From NCBI GenBank assembly GCA_046563655.1, contig CM102289.1, positions 4,960,001-5,024,000 on the forward strand: a stretch of DNA of 64,000 bases, in the 5' to 3' direction. Within the stretch, counting starts at the first letter, position 1. Every line of letters starts with the position of its first letter. This DNA comes from Yuukianura sp. NJ FZ-2021 (lineage: Eukaryota). A model generated the notes under the pieces. That model searched no databases and was not told the origin of the DNA. It was given only the letters and a program-made list of their open reading frames with translations. The position numbers and the translations under genes are program-made. Positions 1 through 9,757 of this stretch are shown in pieces.

Positions 1-70
1 TTTTCAAAATAATTTGAAGTAATTCAAAATAGTTTGAAATAATTTGAAGTAGTTCGAAATAATTCAAGTA
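1..70. repeat. Degenerate ~10/20-bp periodic intronic repeat (aaataatttg/aagtaattc)
   Basis: Near-identical 10-nt units repeat in the intron upstream of the exon at 101. Confidence 0.5.
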
Positions 71-100
71 CTTTACTTTGTGCTAATTTTTCTTTTTCAG

Positions 101-1016
101 GAGACTTGGAGAAGATGAAGCAGAAGTTGAGTAACTTAGAAGCTGACAAGGCTCAAGCGGAGACGAGATTGCAAGTACTGGAAGCATATTTCAAGGAAAA
201 GGAGGAAGAGTTGCGTCGAGTGGTGGAGAAGCATGAGGCTGAGAAGAAAATGCGCGGGAAAGACAAGGATGAACTGGTCACCATGGTTGAAGAGAGAAAC
301 GAAACTGTGCAGGATTTGAATGATAGAATTGAAAAACTGAAGAAGGAATTCGAAGAAACCAAAATTGCCCATCGCACTGAAATCCGGGCATTAGAGAGCA
401 AAGGACATGAGACTTGGGTACGTCACAAAAAAATTCAACAGTTATAAAAAAAATTCGAAGTTTTTCTCAATTTTTTTTAAACATTGTTTTTAGCTCTCAC
501 TGTGTCAGTCTGAACGGAAAGCACAAGAAGCGAGGAAAGAATCCGAACTTCTGCGACAGAAACTCACGGCTCTTGTAAAAGTAAACGAAGCTGATGCACG
601 TAAGTCTAAAAAAAACGAAAGACGTTTAAAAACAAAACTTTTTTTTTTTAATTTTTTTTTCAAAATTTCCAGAGCATGGTGTGGACAGAAGGGAATCGAA
701 TGGAGAAGTGCCTTATATTTTTTCAGAACTGGAGTTGGAGGACATTCCTCCTCCGTTGCCAGACGAACCTTCGCTTCCTTCGTACTTTGGTTTGGGTGAC
801 TTTGAACCCCCGGCTCCTCTGGACGATGACGAAGATGAAGAAGAAGATGAGGTTAATGAAATTTACCGACTCCGTAGTCACCACCACATGAACGGAAACG
901 CTCGTGAGCCAGAGCGTCCAGCCCCTCTTGGCCAAATGTCACCAAACGATTCGGATCGTGATCATGACGACGACGAGTTATCACCGATTCGAGGCCTGGA
1001 AGGTGTTTCTGATTGA
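101..1016 (+). CDS. Tango1: TANGO1/MIA3/cTAGE5-like ER exit-site cargo receptor, 3' part (last three exons; 5' part is outside the window)
   Basis: Exons 101-417, 494-599 and 673-1016 join through GT-AG introns with consistent phases. The coiled coil YFKEKEEELRR...ALESKGHETW|LSLCQSERKAQEARKESELLRQKLT resembles the cTAGE5/MIA3 'EKKAHDNWL...AER...RKE...RQKLTE' segment and is followed by an acidic/Pro-rich tail (DIPPPLP, FEPPAP). AATAAA at 1129-1134. Confidence 0.75.
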
Positions 1017-1579
1017 AATTCGATTGGTCCTATTAGGTGTTATGAAGTCCAATTGATTTTGGAGCTTTAATCACTGCGCATTATTTATTGTGAACTGAAA
1101 GTATTTATATTGATTATGGCAAAAATTGAATAAACTCGCGTCCATACTGCCACTTTGATCGATTTAAAACGTTTCTAAACTACGTATTTCATAATGTTGG
1201 ATTTCATGTGTTACATTCTCACGCCAAGTCTGCAAGTGCGGGAATTATTTTAGGTTTTTGGTAAACAAACCGGGAGGAGATATTCGTTTCATCTTAATCA
1301 TTTAATCTTAAGCGAGATTCCACGTTTAATTAAATACTACTAAAAAGTTTTTAGTATAAACGTGTACATTCATTTCTGGATGCGGTATAATGCAGCATAA
1401 GCAAAAGTAAGTTATTCATTCCTCCAATTTCTAATACCTACTTATAAAAACAACAATTAAATCCTGTACCCGTTCAATTGTGCTTGTTGTAATATTTTTA
1501 GGACACATTTCAATTCGAATGCTTCTCGTTAATCCGGAATTATTCGTTTAACGAACCTTGACCTCATGCGACTTTACCG

Positions 1580-3286
1580 ATGATGATGAATATCCTAAAC
1601 ACCACTTGCCGAAGTTCCTCAGTCAATGTACTAGTGAAATCACGTCTACTTTTTGCTGGCGTTGGTACTGCTGCTGCTCCTCCACAAATTCGGAGACGGA
1701 ATCGTTCAACAGCATCAGCGAAATCAAAAACGTTTTCGGCTGAGGAATATGCCAATCCCAGGATAGATGGCAAACCTGAACCAGGAAAACGAGACACTGG
1801 AAAAGTCAATCTGGAAGAAATCGCGCAGCTTGCAACTCGTCGACGACGTTCGAAGGAAGAATTCAATATTCCAGGCGCGGGTCCACCAGAACCAGAGAGT
1901 CAACGGGAGTACAGACTTAATTCCCACTTTTATCGACACTTGTATCCCTGGAAATCCAAGGAACAACTAGCAACGTACTTGTGCCATCAGATTGTTCATG
2001 AATCAGGTATCTGAATATGAACTTCATCCCTTGCTTAACAAAAGCCCTCTTTCTTCATTAACATCAACGATTGGTTTATAATTTTGACTTTTTGATGTTT
2101 AGACGGGGTCATTGCAATTAACAAACCATTTGGAGTAGGTGCTCGAAATGTCCATCAAGCCAAAGAAGATGACCTTGAGATTTTGAGACGGTCGGGAAAA
2201 GAAGTACACAGGATGGATGCCGAAAATGATCCAATGCATCATGCTCGTGGAATCGGTGTCTGTGAGTACACTCTGGAAGACGTCTTACCGATTCTCAGAA
2301 GTAAATTAGGAGAACCTCATCTTCAACTTGTGAAAAGCATCGACAAGTACGATAAGCAGATTTGATTTATTGAATCAAAACTTAACACCGCCTAGCTCTG
2401 GGTTGATTTATTTTTTGTGATAGATTTTGTTCGGGAATTGCAATTTTTGGAACAACCGAGAAAGCTGTGGAAAGAATCCAGAGATCGATCAAACTGAACA
2501 AACCGCTCGGTGTGAAAGCTTTCTCGTTCCTGGTAATCTCTATGAATAATTCAAAGAAATTCCAAGAAGTTGGAACATTGACCGAACGCGTGGCAATTAC
2601 GCTAGCAGAGAATCCAGAGACTCGAGTCGCGCATGTAAATAACTTAACTTTTTTAAGTTTTCAATCTCGAACTTAAACTTTTTTATTCTCTTATAGCCAA
2701 TTATCCTCAGAGAATTTTCGAAGAAACGGGCCAGGGAAGTACAGAGTAACATAAAGCCGGTGACAGTTGCACTGACTTTGCTGGATAAGAACGCCACTCT
2801 CAACGTCTGCTTGAGTAGATTCGATACGAATTCTACCAATAACAATTTCCTTCGTGTTTACTATGCCAATATCGTATCTCCAATTCTGGGTGACCATTTG
2901 TATGGAACAAGGGTTGCCACAGTCGGAGGAGTTATGGTTCCTGTGCCTCCAGCCATGGCTCGAGTTGGAGTTGGACACCAAGTTAGTGATTGCTAATTTC
3001 AAAATCAGGAACTGTATTGATAGAGAGTAACCGCGATCTTGTTTTGTTTGTATCCTGATAGATCCTGTCACGGGAAGTGATCTCAGCCTTACGACTTAGA
3101 CGACCGGAAGACAGCATAGTGGTACCCCTTCATTCACATCTCGAAACGTTTACCTTAGGAAACTTCTGTGGAAAGGGACAGCATCTGTATCTGTCGGCTC
3201 CACCGTTCCCACTCTTTTCCTGGACATGTAAACAGTTGTCCCTAAAACTACCTATTGATTCTTCGCACAAAAATGAAAATGACTGA
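1580..3286 (+). CDS. RluA-family RNA pseudouridine synthase domain protein, RPUSD3/RPUSD4-like, probably mitochondrial (463 aa)
   Basis: Exons 1580-2006, 2103-2346, 2424-2634, 2697-2981 and 3062-3286 total 1392 nt in frame. Motifs: GVIAINKPFGV (motif I), KSIDKFCSG (motif II position), PILGDHLYG, PLHSHL. The basic/Ser-rich N-terminus resembles a transit peptide. Confidence 0.85.
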
Positions 3287-3450
3287 TGTTTTAGAATTAT
3301 CGCTTTAACTATTGGAAAGTGCCGTCATTTTTTAATTAATTAGAATAGCGCGTACAACTTTAAATAAGAGAAACTGAGTAAAAAGATTAGCAGTGACATG
3401 TGTTAAAGATTCTATCGACATATGTATCTCTCACGAAGGATGGAACGATC

Positions 3451-4141
3451 TTAGTAGACTTCTTCTTCAGCCATCGGCATTTCCTCTTCATCCGATTCGT
3501 GGATTTCTTCGACTTGTCTCTCTTCTTGAGCCTTTCGCAGTAATCCAGCTGCTGGGGAACGAATAAGAGGAAGATTTCGTTGAACTTCTTTGATGTCCTT
3601 CTCCTGTTCCAGAACTTTGGCTTTATTGAGACGATGCATAATGTGTTTGGCACTTCGCCTTTGCCTAATTTCTTCAACTTTCTTCATTGCTTCAACTGTA
3701 AACACACGAAAAGAAAACCGGATGCGCATTAGCACTGGAATAATTCATTAATACTCACATTTCACTTTAATTACTACTAATGTGGAAGTACCTGTCTTCG
3801 TCCACAGTTCTCTGTCGTACTTAATCGGAACGTTTCTCCTCTTTTCAAATTCGAATGACGGATCCACTGCCAATTCCTTTCCAGCTGCTTTCCTAAATGC
3901 CTTCGTCCATCGTACTTTCCTCGGAATCTTCTTCTTTTTAAACGCAGCGTGACATTTGGATTTACAAAACCTGAATACCTGCAAGCACACAAATTACACC
4001 CGAATTAAAACAATGACCAATTGACCCAGCATGAATTGAAAGGTAAATATTAAAACTTACTTTGCAATCGTTCCTTACAAACTGAACACCATGACCGGGG
4101 AAAATATTGGATGAACAGAAGTAGCACTTTTCAATACGCAT
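3451..4141 (-). CDS. RSL24D1: Ribosome biogenesis protein RLP24 / RSL24D1 (170 aa)
   Basis: Exons 4141-4061, 3978-3792 and 3695-3451 total 513 nt. Translation [76 protein letters not shown] is the RLP24 signature. Confidence 0.97.
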
Positions 4142-4379
4142 CGTAGAAAAAAATGTAACTGTAAACTTATATTTCCAAAAACTAAAATTTTAAAATTTGA
4201 CAACCGGAAACTTCGAAATGCGGATACGAAGAACGAAAGAATGATTTTTCCGTTCCTTTTCCGTTTCCGTGCTCGTGCATAGAAAAATTCAAAATTCAAA
4301 ATCACAAAATCAAAATCTCAATTTTCTCCATGTGCAGATTCAAAGTTGGCGCGTTTCAGAGCTTGACTTTTTCTGCTCC

Positions 4380-4392
4380 CCACTAGATGGCG
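4380..4392 (+). promoter_or_regulatory. CTCF-like motif CCACTAGATGGCG between divergent genes
   Basis: Matches the CTCF core consensus CCASYAGRKGGCR and lies between the divergent RSL24D1 and membrane-protein genes. Confidence 0.45.
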
Positions 4393-5282
4393 AAAGACCC
4401 TGGCGTCTCAATGTGGTGTTAGTTTTAATCTTATTCTATCTTATTTAAAAACCGCAAAATTAATTGCTTTCAATCCACAATTACTTTGTCTGCCCAAACC
4501 TCAGAGTTATTTCCGTGTTTAGCACAAGTAGTCCAGTGATACCACTCTTACTCCCTTGAACTTTTTTTTAAAGTTGCAGACGTAGAGGAAATACTGTTGC
4601 AAAATCTGCAGGAGTGTTCTTATCTTGTCTGCTCATCATCGCAAGTCCAAAATGGCGGAGGAGCAACAAGTATTTTGGGGTAAGTTAAAATCTAAAGTTG
4701 GTTATGAAACCCGTGTAATTTAGTTGGATAATCAGCAACAGCTTTGGAGTAATCGTTTATGTCGTTCCAGCGTATTTGCCAGCCGTGCCGAGTGACTTGA
4801 ATGACCTACTGCCAACTGACCTCCTGCCAGCCGACCTTGTAGAAGATCTTGGAGCAGTTGGAATTGTAGCGGCAGTGGTGGTGGTCATCCTTATTCTAAT
4901 TTTGCTTTCATTGCTTCTGAGCAAACTGTCTGGTGGATCCTTCGGCCTTGGAATTATTTTTAAACCATTCATATTGATATTCGGTGTCATCGGAAAAATC
5001 ATTCTTGCGCCATTCAAGCTCGTGTTTTGCGGGATCGGAAAGATCCTTGGAAGTATTGGCTCCTTGAGTCTTGGCTTTGGACCGAACCTTGGAACAGCAT
5101 TTAAGTTTCTCATGACGCTTGCAATCATTGTGCTAATCCTGGCAGTAGTGGTCACGATTGTACTAAAGAAAACCGGAAACGACGATCTACCAATTCTGGA
5201 ACTTATCCCTTATAACCTCACAGACCTCACCGGTATGATCCCTGAATTTGACTTTAACTTCCCTGAACTATTTCATGAATAA
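4387..5282 (+). CDS. Uncharacterised multi-pass membrane protein (~230 aa; first exon tentative)
   Basis: Exons 4574-4679 and 4724-5282 join in frame through a GTAAG...TTTAG intron. A possible first exon is 4387-4417 (donor GTTAGT). Several long hydrophobic segments (GAVGIVAAVVVVILILILLSLLL; FLMTLAIIVLILAVVVTIVL). AATAAA overlaps the stop codon. Confidence 0.6.
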
Positions 5283-5755
5283 ACTGAAGCCTTTTTAGTC
5301 TGCTGGCTAAAAACGTAGTTCAATCTTTACTTCTCATATTGTTTGTTTGTATATCCAATTTCTTGATTGAATCTGAACAGATTTCCTTCTTCCGAGATTC
5401 CATTTTTCCTTTGCGAAAAAAGTTATAAGTTTTTAGTTCCCCGTAGACTTTGGTCAGAATGTTCACTGCTGGGTTTTACGAATTGAATCAAAACCGAAAA
5501 GATCAATGACTTTGACATACTCATCATCAGTTTTGGATTTTCTGTGAAACCACTTGAAGTCTAGCCACTTTGAATTTTGACTAACTCGTGTGTCATTTGA
5601 AGTTGAGCCAACGGAATAAATGATTAAATCAAAGGTTAGAACTTAAAAACATTTTTTACAATTAATGATAAACTGTATCGTATATTTCACGGATGACGGA
5701 TGAGACTTTCGATTTTGTTCTAAACTGAAAGTAACTTTTCCTTCCTGAAATTCAT

Positions 5756-6057
5756 TTACTTTTGTAACATATTTTCCCAAATTTCTTCAACTCTGTTTTT
5801 CTCAATCCAATCGTCCAGCAGTTTGATACACTCCGGACTTAACTCTTCTTCCCATGATCCGACCTTTCCTTTTCGAATGAAACTTGTCGTTTTTGGTTTT
5901 CCATGATATTTGGACAGAGCCTCATACAAATCTTCGCTGTTCACTGCTGGGTTGTTCTTCATTGACGCAAAACTAAGATGGTCAACCAGTTTGGCGTATT
6001 GCTCGTCCGTGTACGATTTTCGCACGCTGCAGTCTGGCGCAAAACTGCTCCCAAGTC
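5756..6057 (-). pseudogene. Cytosolic sulfotransferase (SULT) terminal exon, frameshifted and apparently orphaned
   Basis: Acceptor TTTGCACAG at 6058 is followed by DLGAVLRQTAA in one frame and KSYTDEQYAKLVDHLSFASMKNNPAVN...FIRKGKVGSWEEELSPE in another, with a 1-nt shift at the A run 6017-6020. RKGxxGxW is the SULT C-terminal PAPS motif. No upstream SULT exons were recognised. Confidence 0.7.
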
Positions 6058-9000
6058 CTGTGCAAACAAAGCAAAAAATGAAAAATTGCACACAACTGCT
6101 CAGTGTTGAAAACTCTCAATTAGTTTCAACCTACCTTACCTGATACTCAATTCAGCACTCAATTAAAAATTTACATAATTCAAGAAAAAAAAAGCATCAT
6201 TCTTATCCTCCGTAATCAATATGTACTATTGGATTTCAAAACTCACATACTTATTTATATACTAACTATTTGAAACAGAGCTTACTAAATACCACTTGCC
6301 AATCACCAATGAGATGCAAGAAAATAAGAACAGCGAAAGTAGAAATTTTTGCGTAACTTCAGTTATTGGTTTAACTAATGATGAAGTTTTTGAAAAAGTC
6401 GCGGTCAGATCGTTTCCACATGGATTACGTCAATCCCCGACTTCTACCCGGGTTTCGGATTCAACAAAACGTGAACCCCTAACCCCAAAGAGGGCGAAAT
6501 CTTTTGAATTTGTCTTTCTTCTCGGCAATTTTACGTGGACCCTCCATACAGAGCATTTCAAATCCAAATGGCAGGATTTAAATGAAAGATTTGGTTAAAT
6601 GAACTTTTACGTTTAGGCTAGGTTTGAAATAAATTTGAGTTTTAGTGATAGCTGACATGTCGTTGGTCAACAATCCACGCTTGTTCCGGAAAAAATGACA
6701 AGGATTTGGCAGAAATAAAATGCAGTAGTGATTAATGATTGAGGCTTTTAGGACTTTAGTTTTCCCTTTCCAAAATTCTAAACAAAGTGAAACTGACCAT
6801 TTCAATTTTTTTTTCAAAAACTTTGACCTTTTTCCATTAGGCAAGTTCCAATTTCATGTTTGAGAGAAACGGAATTGTAAACAAACAGAAAAATTCTTTT
6901 TAATTTCTTTCAACTGGAAAGATATGGTAAAGGAAAAATAATTCAAAATCTTTTGAATTTAACTAATGATTCTTCTAATGGATTATTGAGTACTTTTGAG
7001 TTTAAATTTCCCACCACAATTTGAAATTTTGTTTAAAACTGTTCAAATAGTATGTGTATTTGCGTGTGAGAAGATTTCAGCTTCAGCTAAACTTTTCCTT
7101 TCGATTTATTTCGCAATCAAAGAAATGCCCAATTCCTTTTATTTCGTTACTTTTGTAGTGTAAGTGCTACATCCGTTTTATCTTTATGGGTTAGGAAATA
7201 GAAGGAAGTGCGGGAATTTCAAATGTTTGCGAGAATGTTCAAATGTGTTGTTCATATCAGTAGCTCCAATATTTCACTTTTTCCAATTCTCTCGCTCACT
7301 CAAGTGCTCATTCACACTTTACTTACCCAGAGGAAGTCAATAATGATTATGATCACTTTGAGTCTCATGTTCTCCAAGAAGATACTTTCACTTTTGAAAA
7401 TAAAGAAGAACGCCATTTTCTCCCGCGCTTTCTTTTTTTTCCGGAAGAGCGGAAACTTCAAACAGCCGCAAACTGAATTGAAGCTTTTCCTTTTCTCTTG
7501 AGAGAAAGTAGCAAATTGCCAAGTCGAGAAAAGAATCTGAAATGAAATCCACTTTCTTTCTCTTTTTTTTCCTTTTGTGGCGTAGTGTAATGGAGAAAGC
7601 AAGAACCGCTTTCTCCAAATGTACGAAAATGTAAACGAAAATCACTGGCGGTTAAAAACACGTTTTTCTTTTCTTTCACTACAAACTTTCCCCAGGAGAT
7701 TTGAATTTGACAAAAAAAAATAGTCAACAGTACCTCCAAGCCTAAAATAATTTTTTTTTCGAACAAGACTTCCTTGTTGGTTTTGGAGTAACTGAGAACC
7801 CAAAAGCTTGCTCTCTGCTGTCGAAATCAACGTGACTGACAAGAGGAAAGAGAGAAAGTGACAGAAAGCATTAAATGAAAATAAGGAAGGGATTTGAGGT
7901 TTCATTTTTTGAAATGGTATTTTTTGAGAGGGAAACGGAAAATTTGAATAATGTTATTAAGCTTATGGTTCTTCCACAAGACTTTCTCTTTTTTTTTCCT
8001 GACAGCACAAAAAAAGGAAGAAGCACAAGTTTATGTTGGGGTTGTAAAGAGAATTATGAACTCCCCGAGTCGGAAATCAAGACAAGTCTCCCGCGCTTTT
8101 GAATTTTTTTCCAGTTTTAAATCTCGTTTGAATCTGTAATACACCCGGATTATCACCAATAAACCGATTTGAGACGCTCACTTTGCCATGATCATCATCC
8201 TTTGAATAAGAAAAGAAGCGGGAAACTTTAAACTTTCAAAATATGTTTTCCTTCATCTCTCTCACATTCCGACTTTAGAAAAAAATCTTATTGGGCCGTT
8301 CGCTAACAAAGGTAATTTAAATTCATTTCCATCTTCACCAAATTTTTTTCACTGCACAACAACAAAATGTAATCGTATGTTTGTCTAATTTGTAATTGGG
8401 CAATTTGGAGAAAGTAATTGGTAATTGAAGTAATTAAGGAGCCATTCGTTCAAGTGAAAGTCGTAAATTGTGGTCAGTGGACACTGTGGAATTTAAGTGG
8501 AAGTTTTAGAAATAGGGTTTGTGTCTTTTGTAAAGTGTTTTGAGGTTGAAGTGGATGAAGCTATTAGAGTGCATGGACGCATGGACCACTGACTTGATCA
8601 ATGGAGCCACAAAGTGAACAATATTTTATTGTCCAGGGAGAAAGGGAAAGCATTACGAAGGGTGACAGTGGCCTTCCCTATTTTTTCCATTACAAGGTGC
8701 AGCGACTGGACTCCAGAAATAGCCGAATTCCTGGACTTTCTCTTCAGCGTCCAGCAACCACAACTTTTCCTGGACCGCGTTCCAGAATCCCATCGACTAG
8801 GCTGCTTTCACTCTAACTTTCTCAAGTGGAAACAAATTGAAGTGGACAAAGGCACAAACTTTCTTTTCTTTTCAGTTTGAAATTTGGCGCTTTCACAATT
8901 TTCGACTCGGAATCCTATCGTCGGTCCTGTCTTTTGGAAAAATACTTTTTGTCCGTTTCAGACAACGTGTGGTTACCAGGTTTCCATGTTCGGAGCCCAG

Positions 9001-9662
9001 GCGGTTGGTGACCTCTGACTCGGCAGAGGGAAGCGGAAAGCGGGTTTTGTGCTGATTCATTCAAATGCGGGGGGAATTTGAAAATGAATGGCTCTTTAGT
9101 CATGTAAGATTGGAGGCAAGAGGATGCTTTGGTTTGGTGGTCTATTGAGACTTTGAGGAAGTCTCTGTTCTGAACAATGGTTTTGGAAAGTTGTTATCTG
9201 GCCCTGTTTTGTGTGGATCTGGATCATTGGTCGTTGCCCAACTCTGTTTCGCCCCAGTGGGTGACTGCACATGCGACTGAAGCTACAGGTCGACCGAGGT
9301 CACAGTCATTTCCCGTATCCCCCTTCCTTCCGCTTCTGCATAAATCCAAATCAATTGTTAGTCACACGAACATTCACCTGTCCCAGTCTTCTTAAACAGT
9401 CAAATCAAGTGGGCCAGGTGACAGGAGGTGTCAGAGAGACAAAGAGCGGGAACGCGCCTGCGCGTCGTGGTCACGGTCATGAGCATTAATTCAAATCCGA
9501 CTTTTAACCGCCAAACGGAATTTCCACTTGAATTCATAAAGTGAAATTCATGACATTTCATTTGTGGCAAGAATTAAATATACGGCTTGCCAGGCAATTT
9601 CTAAAAAGAAAAATATACTTTGCTTGAATACAAGATTCAAAAATACAAAAACAAAATTTTTC

Positions 9663-9670
9663 AAAAAAAA
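9663..9670 (-). terminator. RNA polymerase III terminator (T8) of the tRNA-Gly gene
   Basis: Run of eight T on the minus strand, 5 nt downstream of the discriminator base. Confidence 0.8.
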
Positions 9671-9675
9671 TTTCC

Positions 9676-9757
9676 TGCATTTGCCGGGATTCGAACCCGG
9701 ATCGGCTGCTGGCTCTCATTTGGAAGGCAACCATGCTGACCCTTACACCACAAATGC
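9676..9757 (-). tRNA. tRNA-Gly(TCC) with a 10-nt intron (9711-9720)
   Basis: The minus strand reads GCATTTG TG GTGT AAGGGTCA GCAT G GTTGC CTTCCA [AATGAGAGCC] A GCAGC CGAT CCGGG TTCGAAT CCCGG CAAATGC A. All four stems pair, the A/B boxes are intact, and the mature length is 72 nt. Confidence 0.93.

Noticed and set aside
4652..4728. ATG 4652 (good context) as start of the membrane-protein gene
   Set aside because: With the 4680-4723 intron this frame hits TAA right after the junction. The continuous frame is the adjacent one, so ATG 4652 would at most start a short out-of-frame ORF.
9676..9757. tRNA-derived SINE or pseudo-tRNA interpretation
   Set aside because: All stems pair, the insertion is exactly at 37/38 with a correct A-I pair, and a Pol III terminator follows immediately with no SINE body or tail.
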